A DNA stretch of 64,000 bases, taken from NCBI RefSeq assembly GCF_004010195.1, contig NC_057718.1, positions 34,311,239 through 34,375,238 on the forward strand, in the 5' to 3' direction. The notes below the pieces were generated by a model that worked only from the letters and a program-made list of their open reading frames with translations, ran no database searches and was not told where the DNA came from. The DNA comes from Chiloscyllium plagiosum. Its lineage: Eukaryota. The position numbers and the translations under genes were made by a program. Shown here in pieces: positions 1-12,414 of the stretch; the first letter of the stretch is position 1; each line of letters starts with the position of its first letter.

Positions 1-447
1 AATCTTTTCTGAACCCTTTCAAGTTTCACAACATCTTTCCGATAGGAAGGAGACCAGAATTGCACACACTATTCCAACAGTGGCCTAACCAATGTCCTGT
101 ACAGCCGCAACATGACTACCCAACTCCTGTACTCAATACTCTGACCAATAAAGGAAAGCATACCAAACACCTTCTTCACTATCCTATCTACCTGCCACTC
201 CACTTTCAAGGAGCTATGAATCTGCAGACCAAGGTCTCTTTGTTCATAACACTACCTAGGACCTTACCATTAAATGTATAAGCCGTGCTAAGATTTGCTT
301 TCCCAAAATACAGCACCTTGCATTTATCTGAATTAAACTCCATCTGCCACTTCTCAGTCCATTGGCCCATCTAGTCCAGATTCTGAGGTAATCTGAGGTA
401 ACCCTCTTCACTGTCCACTACACCTCCAATTTTGGTGACACCTGCAA
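1..447 (-). mobile_element. CR1 LINE fragment (ORF2 RT C-terminal region)
   Basis: Reverse complement matches the CR1 copies at 26520-26950 and 45240-45600 (DTKIGG.VDSEEGYL, EFNSDKCKVL.FGK). Confidence 0.85.
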
Positions 448-1589
448 CATGTTCCGCAAAACCTCTCATTTTTGAATGTTTAATTCTTCACTTTCTCAGC
501 CGGAGGGGTGGATTTTCAGTCATTAACAATGATCACACTGTCAATGGTGTCCTTATCCTGTTAATGATCATATCCTGGAGCTTTCACAGTTAGATGAGCA
601 GTTAGATGAACTTTGGAGGCTGAGTGACTGGAGGGACATTGGATAAGGGGAGCAGCAATGGGAGCTCAGTTGGGTGAGAAGAAGACATGTCCAAACAAAG
701 GCTAGCAAACGCTACACTTTCTCAACCCACTGTTTTTCTCTGCAACAAATGCAATATAGGCTGTGATGACTGAGCTTCACCAGATATCCAGCCTTAACCA
801 GCATCACAGCACAAACTATCATCTCATGAGACAAATGGCTGCCAAATGAATTCTTTCTTTCTCCAATGAGTTTAGGGATAATTAAGGAATGTAATGTGAA
901 ATTCAAAGGGAGGTCAAAGGTGAAATTTTCTGATGGTGAAATGGTGCAAATCATTTGCACCTCTTTCATGACAATTTACTATGCTTGGCACCTTCTTCCT
1001 TATCATAATTTGCAGACTGATTTGTGCATTGATTACTACAGCATGCATTGTCCAGACACCATTACTTGTTCAGCAAATTCCTTCATAACATCAGGATAAA
1101 TGTTTAGCTTGGTTCAGTGATGACAGTCCTACTTCTACATCAGAAAGTTGAGAATTGAAGCCCGCCTGCAGGTCTTGAATATATATAATTTATCAGATAT
1201 AATTTAAAATGTGTAATGTGTAATTTAAACTGACACACTTAGGTAACATCTTTAAATGCTTATAGCACTGAATGAATCCCTTCTACTTCATCATCAGCTG
1301 ACCATATTTAGTACGTAGTAATAAACAGGAGCGTATATAAATGCCATTACTGTAATTAGACAGTAAGCAAATCTGACAAAGTTCCTAAGTGCAACTTTCT
1401 CCCTTTTCACATTTCCTCTTAGGTTTTACCTTCTTCAGTAAACATTTTGAGACATTATGTGAGGAAAGTTACTTGCTCTGCATATTTTTAGCATACTGGA
1501 TGAAGGTCAGGACTAAGTAACAGGCAGTTTCAAATATTTTACCAGTCTTAATTAATTATTTTCATTGGCTTCATGATGACATACAAACA

Positions 1590-1927
1590 TATAGGGGTTT
1601 ATAAAATCATGAGGGGCATGGATATGACAAACAGACAAGGTCTTTTCCCTGGGATGGGGAGTCCAGAACTAAAGGGCATAGGTTTAGGGTGAGAGGGGAA
1701 AGATATAAAAGAGACCTAAGGGGCAACGTTTTCACGTAGAGGGTGGTACGTGCATGGAATGAGCTATCAGAGGATGAGGTAGAGGCTAGTACAATTGCAA
1801 CATTTAAAAGGCATCAGGAAGGGTTTGGAGGGATATGGGCCGGGTGCTGGCAGGTGGGACTAGATTGGATGGGCATGGGCGAGTAGATTGAAGGGTCTGT
1901 TTCTGTGCTGTACATCTCTATGACTCT
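1590..1927 (+). mobile_element. CR1 LINE 3' end
   Basis: YKIMRGMD..RQGLFPG..ESRTKGHRFRVRGERYK; ends in tctatgactcta tail; near-identical to 10505-10888. Confidence 0.85.
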
Positions 1928-2026
1928 ATATATGTATGTACATGTACACATGTGAAAAGACATCCAAACTTTGATGCTTAGGAATATGTGCACACAAACA
2001 ACACAAACCTACATATATACATACAG

Positions 2027-4022
2027 GCTTGCACATCTTGGTGTGTGTGGAGCCAGAGGAGATGGGAGAAGCACTAAATGAATATTTTTCATCAGTATTT
2101 ACACTGGAAAAAGACAATGTTGTTAAGGATAATACTGAGAAACAGGCTACTAGACTAGATGGGATTGAGGTTCACAAGGAGGAGATGTTAGAAATTCTGG
2201 AAAGTGTGAAAATAGATAAATACCCTGGACCACATGGGATTTGTCCTAGGATTCTCTGGGAAGCTAGGGAGGAGACTGCCAAACCTTTGGCTTTGATCTT
2301 TATATTGTCATTATCTACAGGAATAGTGCCAGAAGCTTGGAGGATAGCAAATGTTGTTGCCTTGTTCAAGAAGGAGACTAGAGACAAGCCTAGTAATTAT
2401 AGACAAGTGAGCTTCGGTCATAGGTAAAGTGTTGAAAAAGGTTATCAGAGATAGGATTTATAATCATCTGGAGAGGAATAAGTTTATTAGGGATAGTCAA
2501 CACGGTTTTGTGAAGGGTAGGTCGTGCCTCACAAACTTTGAGAAGGTGACCAAACAGGTGGATGAGGGTAAAGCAGTTGATGTGGTGTATATAAATTTCA
2601 GTAAGGAATTTGATAAGGTTCCCCATTGTAGGCTACTGCACAAAATACAGAGGCATAGGATTGAGGGTGATCTAGCGGTTTGGATCATAAATTGGTTAGC
2701 TGAAAGAAGACAGAGGGTCATGCTTGATGGGAATTGTTCATCCTGGACCTAAGGTTTTTTTCACATTAGATTCTCTACAGTTTGGAAACAAGTCATTTGA
2801 CCCAACAAGTCTGCACTAACCACCTGAAGAGTAACACACCCAGACCCATTCCCCTACCCTATACTTACCCCTGACTAATGCACCTATACACCTTTGGACT
2901 GTGGGAGGAAACCCATGCACATGGGGAGAATGTGCAAACTCCATACAGACAGTTGTCTGAGGCTGGTTTCGAACCTGGGTCCCTGGCATTGTGAAGCAGC
3001 AATGCTAACCACTGAGCCACCATATCCACCCCTACTAGTGGTGTACTGGAAGGATCTGTTTTGTATTCACTGCTGTTTGTCAGCTTTATAAATGACCTGG
3101 ATGTGGGCTTAGAAAGATGGGTTAGTAAATTTGCAGACGACACTAAGGTCAGTACAGTTATGGATAGTGCCTAAGGATATTGTAGGTTACAAAGGGACAT
3201 AGATAAGCTGCAGAGCTGGGCTGAGAGATGGCAAATGAAATTTAATGCAGAAAAGTATGAGGTGATTCACTTTGGAAGGAGTAACAGGAATGCAGAGTAC
3301 TGGGTGAATGGTAAGATTCTTGGTGGTGTAGCTGAGCAGACAGATGTCATTGTCCATGTTCATAGATCCCTCAAAGTTGCCACCCAGCTTGATAGGGCTG
3401 TTATGAAGGCATACAGTGTGTTTGCTTTTATTAGTAGAGAGATTGAGTTTCAGAATCATGAGATCATGCTGCAGCTGTACAAAACTCTGGTGCAGCTGCA
3501 GTTGGAGTATTGTGTGCAGTTCTGGTCACCGCATTATAGGAACAGTGTGGAAACATTGGAAAGGGTTCAAAGGAGTTTTACTAGGATGTTGCCTGGTATG
3601 GAGGGAAGGTCTTACAAGGAAAGGTTGAGGGATTTAAGGCTGTTTTTGTTCAAGAGAAGAAAGTTGAGAGGGGACTTAATTGAGACATATGACAACCAGA
3701 GGGTTAGATTGGGTGGACAGTGAGAACCTTTTTCCTAGCATGGTGATGGCTAGCACGAGGGAGCAAAGCTTTAAACTGAGGGGTGGTAGATATAGGACAG
3801 ATATCAGAGGTAATATCTTTACTCAGATAGTAGTAGGGGAATGGAATGCACTGCCTGCAACAGTTATAGACTTGCCAACTCTATGGGCATTTAAATGGTC
3901 ATTGGATAGGCATATGGACAAGAATGGTATAGTGTAGATTAGATGGGCTTCAGGTTGGTTTCACAGGGCAGTGCAACATCGAGGGCCAAAGGGCCTGTAC
4001 TGCGCTGTAATGTTCTATGTTC
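2027..4022 (+). mobile_element. 5'-truncated CR1 LINE, decayed ORF2 (RT), interrupted by an HE1 SINE
   Basis: ORFs 2029-2427, 2429-2752, 3235-3723 give CR1 RT motifs (WRIANVVALFKK, QHGFVKGRSCLTN, FSKEFDKVPH, YCVQFWSPHY); FADDTK near 3130; atgttct tail; candidate TSD tatatacatacag at 2014-2026 and 4023-4035. Confidence 0.9.
2765..3031 (-). mobile_element. HE1-type tRNA-derived SINE
   Basis: Minus strand has Pol III A box tggctcagtgg, B box ggttcgaa and a CR1-derived tail; homologous to 13203-13498, 22162-22445, 48802-49150. Confidence 0.8.
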
Positions 4023-6479
4023 TATATACATACAGACATATTGAGATAAAATTCGAATTGAAACCAATTGAAGGGAAAATTAAATGTGGTGTTCAATAGA
4101 TGAGCAATATACTGCTACTCAATTTCTGTCCCTGATGTAGTTAAATATATACGCAGACTTCTAATTCCATAAACTGTCACTACTATCTATATTTGTACTA
4201 TGCAATTATTTGCATATAGTCAGAAAGCAGTTGCCTATTTTACATTATTAATTTGAAACATAGACACAGAACCAGAATTTCATAGAATTGGGTCATCTCC
4301 AGATTCCTTTAAAAATAGTGAGCAGGACCTGATTTTGGGATTCTTGCTTCTATATCTGGTACTGGCAACACTGGCACTGAACACAGGCTCCTGTTGAATT
4401 AATCTATTACGAGGCTTAGAGCTCAGCCAATGAACAGCATCAACAGAACCTGATGTTCCTGACAGCACTATTCTGAATGCTTGGCTGAGATCCAAGACTC
4501 ACTAACGTATGAGCAAAGCAGGGGCTCTGTTTGAATAAGATTAAATGGAGTGTTTTCTTTGAAATCTTTATGAGGTTATGACAAGTTATTCTTTCTTTGA
4601 ATTGTTTCTTTTAATGTTTGTTTATTTAAATAAGATTAAAAAGTGTGAAGTGGAGTGAAGCTTCTGCTACTTGTCCTATAATGGTTCTCTCTGACTACAC
4701 TTCTTTTGTAAGGTTGAAAGAACTATAGCTTTTCATTCAAAGGAGATTTCTGAATGGATGATTTTTTAATGTGAATTTTGAGACCTCCTATATTACTATA
4801 TAGTCATTGGTGATGTAATGCATATGGGGAATGGGGATGGAGGATATACGGAGGTTATCAAAATGGATTGGAATATGGTTCGATGACACAGTTTTGAGGC
4901 CTATCAGTCTTTAGTACAACTGGGATGAAGTCCTGGCCTTTTAACTAGTCTGTTCTCATATCCCTCCATGGCCACAGCTAAATTACTTGCTCAGTGAGCA
5001 GTAAATCCTGTTCCCATTTCTCTAGGGCAAAAAGTAGTGCGGGCTAAGGCCATTTTTACATAGTTGACTCCAACAAATCATCAAATTTCCCAATTTGAGC
5101 TTCTGATCTTGCTGGCAAAAATCTAGCCTATGTTGTTTATGTTAATGTGCATATTATTAAAGAGAAAGAGGCCATTTGTCTTATCAAGCTGTGTGTCATA
5201 AGCACCGATTTCAATTTCATTTTCTTTCTTTTCCATTGTGCACTTTCATCTTTTCTCTTTTTAAGTACTTGTCTAATTCCCTTTTGAATACTGTGTCAGA
5301 TGGGGCTTTGATAACTGCAATTTATTCTGTATGCTCAGAACCCTTTGAATGAAAACATTTCCAACCACTGTCTTTGTGCATGCGTGTATTTGCACATTAG
5401 ATGCTATGTACTGGAGAATATCAGTACAGACTAGGTACTCAAGCAATACAGTTTTTACAATTTGAGGAATTCTGAATTGACCCACTGGCAGGTGTTAGCC
5501 CCATTAAAATTAATGGAGTCACTATGAACACACCTTGCTGTGTTATTACAGCAATGTGAAGGGATGTAGAGGTACAGAATGCCAACCTCCTTGAGGGTAC
5601 TAGCATTAAAGATATTTAAACAAGGCAACATGAAGGGTTATAAATCCATCTTTACAGGAGACTGTTTGGGAGACTAATTTAAACTGAAAGTATTCCTCTC
5701 ACACCTTCCTCCCCTTCAGGCAATGAAGTGTTTGACGTTAAAGTCAGAGAGCAATGGATTTATGAGAAAAGCCCAAGGAGTCGTTGATGTATATTACTAG
5801 CTGTCTCAATGGGAAACAAATCTTAAGCAGCATAGGTACCATTAATAAACTACTAAGTCTATATGATTAATATCAGTTTTAGTTTATTAACAAAAAATGT
5901 TTTTAATTTTTTGAACCTCTTATTGAAAATTTCACGTTACTAGTTAAAAAAGGTTGGAAAATCTACCCTGCATAATACCCATGCTGATGTTGTGTGCTGA
6001 TAGTTTTCAGTATTTTCTATCATTTTCTGCACTTCATACGGCTTCTATTGTTTGGTTTTGGGAAAATGTGGGTTGGAGTAAAGAATCATCTTTGTTGCTG
6101 GGTTGCCACCTTAATCCCTTGATTAAATGACTACTAATCACCTATAATTATCCACAACCACATATATTTTGGTTCTTATGTTCACCTTTTCCATTGTCTA
6201 GAGAAATACCACAGATGCTTCACGAAAAGCAGCTAAGGTTTACTCGTGATGTTCCTGCAGTTTTATGGAGGGTACTTAACTGATTAGTTTAGATTTCAGG
6301 ATAACTGCTGTTTAAAGGGCTAGTGATTTAATTAACAGTGAGACTTTAGGTACAATCCCTTGTCTGTGCTGAATTAGCTGTTTCTAGGCAGTTATTCCAG
6401 GTTCAGCAGAGAGAAATTAGTTTTAACTCATTCTCCAGAAACTGATGTTTGAAAGCATGCAGAACAACAGTAACTTATA

Positions 6480-6740
6480 TTTATTTAGCAGTTCTCATAA
6501 AAGTGCCTCAAAACACTTCACAGGATCACACTTTGCAGAAGCACCAAGGAATATAAGGAGATATTTGGTCACATGATATAAAGCTTAGTTAAAAAGGTAG
6601 GCTTTAAGGAGCATCTTAAGTGAAGAAAGTGAATTGAGAGAGATGGAGCAGTATAGCGATGAAATTCTAGAACTTAGTGACTGGTACAGCCATCAATGGT
6701 GGATCATTAATATGGGGGATGCTCAAGAGACTGGACTTGG
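6480..6740 (-). mobile_element. Ancient L2-like LINE 3' fragment
   Basis: Resembles the vertebrate L2 3' region; probably continues at 8880-9560 beyond the RTE insertion. Confidence 0.45.
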
Positions 6741-6759
6741 TGTGAATTAAAACGGACCT

Positions 6760-8870
6760 GAGTTTTAGATAATCTCTTTGTTGACAATGCTTTGTTCAGA
6801 AGATGATTCCTTCTTGTAGATGGATGGATGAAGTGATCTATCAGTGCTAGTGATGGGTTGACAAGTGGTTTGTAAGCACTATCTTTACTGCAGGATCTTC
6901 CCACAATGAAGGTATTAGCTGTCAGCTATGGGAGACAATGAAAGAATGCTGGCTTAAGCATCCATCCCTCTCAGTATTCTCTCTCTGTGGCTGCTCCTCT
7001 TAGTTTTTTTTGGCTCAATTTCTTGTATTGAATGACCATTTTGATCATGGTTGGATAATTGTTTCCCACATATTAAGAGAACAGATCTTCATGGAGACTT
7101 TGAGATATTATTTGAGCTGTTTCTTTGCATTCCTATTGTAAACCTAACTCCCTGGCACAGCTCTGAGGCATGCATTTTTTGGGCATTCTAATGCCATGTT
7201 TCAATCTGTCTCAACTGCTGTGAGATTTTGATGGACTCTATACTTGATACGCCTCCATCTTGGAGAATACCGGTGCTTGTTCTTTTGTCCTGCTCATTGT
7301 TTTGCAAGATCCTTCTAAGACAACATTGATGTTATTGTTCGAAACTTTGAAATGGTACCTGAAAGTTACCAAGGTTTCAGCACCAGGGAGAAGTGTAGGG
7401 AGAATCACTACCGGATGGAGTTTGAGTTTAATGTCAGGTCTGATATCGTGATTCTTAAATTATGATAGGCTGGATTAGCACATTGATGAAGATGTATAGC
7501 ACTGAATCCAACATTAGCTTTTTGGGATAATTGACTTTCGTATTATGGGAATTAGGGGCTTTTACAACTATTCATTAATCTCGATTGTAAGCATTGTATT
7601 GAGCACATTGATGTGGGTTGGTAGAGAATTTTAATTTCTTTTATGTTCAGGGGAAGTATCATACTTTCATGGACTTCAATGAATATGCCAATGATCTATT
7701 ATAGTGCTTTTTCAGAGTGAGGACTGACTTGTGCATCATCAGCACAGTGTGGCCCAACACAGAAGTGATTAATGCCTTCACTGAAGTCTTCAGCCAGTTG
7801 AAGTTAAAGAGTTTGCTTTTAGTATGATACATTAACACATTTTGGAGAGCTTGTCAGTAATAATTTGCAACATTGTGGCAAGAAAGCTTGGGGATACTGT
7901 GGGTGAATGACATAACCCTATTTGAGGCCTGTTTTGATAGTGAAATGTTATCTGTGGTGAAGCCATTGCAAGCTACAGTTAATTGCATATTATATGTAGG
8001 CTATAATGATATTTGTAACTTGGTTGGACACCCATACCATTGTAATGTCTTCCATTAGCTTTGCTGAATGGAAGGTTTTTATGAATCTGATGAAAGTCAT
8101 GTCCAGGGGGATGTTCCACTCTCTGTACTGTCCTGAAGCTGGCGTGTTGTGATGATCATTGTTGGTTTTACCTCAGTCAGTTTTAAAGAAGGACTCTGGA
8201 AGGACCTCCACTGCAATTAAGAGATAATCTAGCTGGGTCTTTGCTATCAGTTACAAATAATGTTTTGTCCCTGAATCAGCTGCAGTTTGACTTGTCTCCT
8301 TTCTTGAAGGTTGTGAGCATCTCCAAAGTCACTTAGAATGCCTTCGTTGTGCCAGAGATTCACAAAAAAGATTGCGTATGTGTTTCAGTACTTCAACAGA
8401 GGTATTGTCAGTACCGGAAGTTTTTTATTTCTTCATCTGGTTGATAGCAATTATCACTTTGTGAATCATTGTCTCGGTCATTTCTGACTGTATGTTGTTA
8501 ATCAATCAGAGATGCTGTTGCTGTGTACGTACCTGGAGCAGGTTGGACTGCGTCTGACCATATGGCATGGGAAGCTTGGAAACCTGCCCGATGTAGAGAA
8601 ATACTTGATTAGTTCAAGTGTTCTTTCCAGCAAGTGTTGATGCAGTCTGTCTTTGAGAAGAGTCTTGCTATTATTGGATCTTATCAGTGTTACCATGTCC
8701 TTAGGGCACAGAAAACTCTTTTTGAAGGCACACGTGTGTGTATGCAGTGATGAAAGTAGGGAGGAGTTGAATTTATTGAAGAAACAGACTGCCTTCTTTG
8801 TCCAAACCATGGGCTCTTCTTTCAGCTTTAGCCATCTGTTTTGGTAAACTATTTCTAGTTTGGTTCATGT
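6760..8870 (-). mobile_element. Decayed RTE-clade LINE (ORF2)
   Basis: Minus-strand translation remnants FKKGDKSNC (~8290-8310), MTFI..KTF (~8075-8105) and a CADD catalytic motif (~7735-7750); many stops. Confidence 0.65.
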
Positions 8871-9109
8871 TTCCAAATTTGGAATACTGTCTTCAAGACT
8901 ATGGAGAGCAGAATGCAGTAAGCAGCCAGGAATGCATTTGAATAGCCAAGGCTAGACGTAACAAAAACATGAAGGTCCAAGTAGCGGTGAGTTGAGATGA
9001 GGAAAAGCTTAAGTGTCTTTGTAGAAATTGAAATAGGTCATCCTAGCTGATCATGCAAACTACCATTGGAAGTTCATCAAATGTAAAAATCTGACATTAC
9101 GTTTGTAAA

Positions 9110-9274
9110 GGAGGAGAAAGTGAGGACTGCAGATGCTGGAGACCAGAGTTGAAAAGTGTTGTGCTGGAAAAGTGCAGCAGGCCAGGCAGCATCCGAGGAG
9201 CAGGAGAATCGACGTTTCGGGCATAAGCCCTTCTTCAGGAATGCGGCTGGTGTGCCAAGTGGGCACACCAGCCT
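9110..9274 (-). mobile_element. Short non-autonomous PLE-derived element (pseudo-LTR)
   Basis: Matches the terminus of the PLE fragment at 39878-40305; 15-bp TSD cattacRtttgtaaa at 9095-9109 and 9275-9289; 12-bp hairpin at 9245-9273. Confidence 0.8.
9207..9242 (-). ncRNA. Minimal type I hammerhead ribozyme motif
   Basis: Minus strand: AUUC CUGAAGA A GGGC-UUAU-GCCC GAAAC GUC GAUU; intact core, 4-bp stem II, palindromic ACGU stem III. Confidence 0.75.
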
Positions 9275-9705
9275 CATTACATTTGTAAACCTCATTTATG
9301 CTCAAACTCTTATCAGGGAAAGGGATGGAGTTGATAGCCAGCAATTAGTGTTTGAGCAGAGACTGAAAACAAATGTCTTCAGTCTTGTCACTATTTAATG
9401 AGAAGAAGCTTCTGCTCATCCAGTACTAGATATTGAATAATTAGCAAAAGCTAATTAGGTAATGGTGAGGTAGAGTTGAGCGTCAACAGTGTATGTGTGA
9501 GAAGATTAAGGCTGTGCCTTGAGATTGTATCATCAGGGGTTGCCAAGGATCGATCACAGCGAAGACAGGATGTGACATCCAAAGTTCAATGACATGCAGC
9601 TACTGCTAAGATTCAAATGTTTAATTTGACAAGGTACCAGCTAGAGTGGTGCCAAGGCAGAAGGTGGCAGCATCTTTAAGGCTAAAAAGGTTAGAAAACT
9701 GAAAT

Positions 9706-10888
9706 CACAGGTGAAGTGCCGGAAGACTGGAGGTTGGCAAACATGGTGCCACTTAAGAAGGCTGGTAAGGACAAGCCAGGGAACTATAGACCAGTGAGCC
9801 TGGCCTCGGTGGTGGGCAAGTTGTTGGAGGGAATCCTGAGGGACAGGATGTACATGTATTTGGAACGGCAAGGACTGATTAGGGATAGTCAACATAGCTT
9901 TGTGCGTGGGAAATCATGACTCACAAACTTAATTGAGTTTTTTGAGGAAGTAACAAAGAGGATTGATGAGGCCAGAGCAGTAGATGTGATCCATATGGAC
10001 TTCAGTAAGGCGTTCGACAAGGTTCCCCATGGGAGATTGATTAACAAGATTAGATCTCACGGAATACAGGGAGCCATTTGGATACAGAACTGGCTCAAAG
10101 GTAGAAGACAGTGGGTGGTGGTGGAGGGTTGTTTTTCAGACTGGAGGCCTGTGACCAGTGGAGTGCCACAAGGATCGGTGCTGAGTCTTCTACTTTTTCA
10201 TTTATATGAATGATTTGGATGCGAGCATGAGAGGTACAGTTAGTAAGTTTGCAGNNNNNNNNNNNNNNNNNNNNNNNNNNNNNNNNNNNNNNNNNNNNNN
10301 NNNNNNNNNNNNNNNNNNNNNNNNNNNNNNNNNNNNNNNNNNNNNNNNNNNNNNNNNNNNNNNNNNNNNNNNNNNNNNNNNNNNNNNNNNNNNNNNNNNN
10401 NNNNNNNNNNNNNNNNNNNNNNNNNNNNNNNNNNNNNNNNNNNNNNNNNNNNNNNNNNNNNNNNNNNNNNNNNNNNNNNNNNNNNNNNNNNNNNNNNNNN
10501 NNNNCTGAGGGGTGACCTTATAGAGGTTTACAAAATTATGAGGGGCATGGATAGGATAAATAGACAAAGTCTTTTCCCTGGGGTCGGGGAGTCCAGAACT
10601 AGAGGGTATAGGTTTAGGGTGAGAGGGGAAAGATATAAAAGAGACCTAAGGGCAACATTTTCACGCAGATGGTGGTGTATATGGAATGATCTGCCAGAGG
10701 AAGTGGTTGAGGCTGGTACAATTGCAACATTTAAGAGGCATTTGGATGGGTATATGAATAGGAAGGGTTTGGAGGGATATGGGCCGGATGGTGGCAGGTG
10801 GGACTAGATTGGGTTGGGATATCTGGTCAGCATGGATGGGTTGGACCGAAGGGTCTGTTTCCATACTGTACATCTCTCTGACTCTATG
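9706..10888 (+). mobile_element. CR1 LINE fragment spanning an assembly gap
   Basis: PEDWRLANMVP, DFSKAFDKVPH, SGVPQGSVL motifs; CR1 3' tail after the gap. Confidence 0.9.
10255..10504. other. Assembly gap (250 N)
   Basis: Run of N seen directly. Confidence 0.99.
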
Positions 10889-11207
10889 ATCCTCTTTTCT
10901 CTTTGTGTTACCCTCAGCAGTCACAACCACTCCTGGTTCGGCCTATGGGAAGTATGATTCATGCTGTTAATTTAATCAGTTACTGAGGTGACCAGAGTCT
11001 TTGGCTTCAGTTAGTTTAATCATATACCTCAGCTGTTGTATGTCCTAACTACACTTTCTGCTCATTTTCAGCTTAACTTCTTTCTTGCCATTTCTCAGCA
11101 GTGTGCGGTTAACAAATGGAGCTCACTGTTCATTACGCTCAGAGCTGCCCACGAGTTTTATGACCTTTTGTGCGACAACTTACAGTTATCAAGAGTCTGA
11201 GACAGTG

Positions 11208-11275
11208 TGGCGCCCTCTATAGAGCATCTGGTAACTGTGTTAAGAGACTGTGCCCGTTTAACCAATCAGATTGGT
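11208..11275. promoter_or_regulatory. Candidate regulatory site: CTCF-like motif and inverted double CCAAT box
   Basis: tggcgccctctatagagca partly matches the CTCF core; accaatc-a-gattggt palindrome at 11261-11275; lies in non-repeat sequence. Confidence 0.25.
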
Positions 11276-12192
11276 ATGTCTGGAAAGGCAATTATGCTTA
11301 ACTGAGGCAGGCAAAGTCTGATCCGGGGAGAGTAAATTAGAATATTGAATTCAATGTAAAATTATGTGCAGAGAGCATAATAAAGATAATGGATTTTAAA
11401 GTGATTTACATAAAGTATTATGTTTATGAATGAATGAATAACATTGAACATTTCGAATTTTGAAGTCAGTTCTCCTTTAATCTACTTTTAATTCTAAACT
11501 TACCTTTTTTTCTCTACTATTACTGGAATATGAAAATAGTTGACCTTAGCAGAGCCATGTAAACAAGATTGGTGCTGAATGATTCCATACAATATGTCAC
11601 CTCTGTTCTTTGGCCAAAAATAAATGATTTGAAATAGAATAGTTTTCACAAAGACAAGTAAGTTTTAAAATAATTTGACATTATGCTGACTTCCAGATTC
11701 TTTGGTCTGATCCTGCACTGGTTCTGGATTGGCTTATTTCAGCCCTAACTTTAAAAGAAAAGCTTGACCTTTTCTGTCTGATCATTGGTAACTTTCAGCA
11801 GCCTACAGTTTCTTTAGTTTTGAGAACTGCTGTTCAATTTAAGATGTTTATGTTGCTGTTAAATTGACTCATTCATTTTGATGTTGTAATTCTTCCGAAC
11901 AGTTAGTCACTCATTAGAAATGCTGTATGGAAAATATTATGCACGCTGCCAACACAGTGACTGCAGGCAGAGCTGTAGGTGTTAAACACTTCGGGGCTAT
12001 TTTCGACACTATAAGGAAAGTAAAAATAGCTATATTGATTTTCTTGACAAAAAAGGTAAAACACAAAAGAAATTCAGCTCTTATGATTATTATCCAAGTT
12101 CACGTGAGGGTAGATGTTTTAATTATGGAGGAGGTGATTGAAAAGTTACAGGCAGCTGGATATGCACCCAAATATGCACTCAGCACAACTAT

Positions 12193-12334
12193 AATCTGTG
12201 AGTCATAGTGATATATATGTATATAATATATATATATATATACACACACATATATGTCCACTCACTCATCCATCTCCTGCTTCCTTTTTTTCTCCTGAAA
12301 GAATCTGTGAGTCATAGTGATATATATGTATATA

Positions 12335-12367
<33 letters not shown>

Positions 12368-12414
12368 TATATGTCCACTCACTCATCTCCTGCTTCCTTT
12401 TTTTCTCCTGAAAG
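12193..12414. repeat. Tandem duplication of a ~110-bp unit containing (TA)n/(CA)n
   Basis: aatctgtgagtcatagtg...ctcctgaaag occurs at 12193-12301 and 12302-12414, differing in microsatellite length and a catc indel. Confidence 0.9.

Larger units (their letters stand above)
8880..9560 (-). mobile_element. Ancient L2-like LINE RT fragment
   Basis: Reverse complement near 9470-9497 reads YTVDAQLY, a decayed YADDTQLY motif; hosts the PLE-derived insert at 9110-9274. Confidence 0.5.

Noticed and set aside
5720..5787. Strong acceptor followed by GNEVFDVKVREQWIYEKSPRSR*
   Set aside because: Unrecognised peptide with no linked upstream exon; acceptor-like tracts are common (also near 1420 and 6201).
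10202..10567. ORFs spanning 10202-10567
   Set aside because: Artefacts of translating through the N gap.
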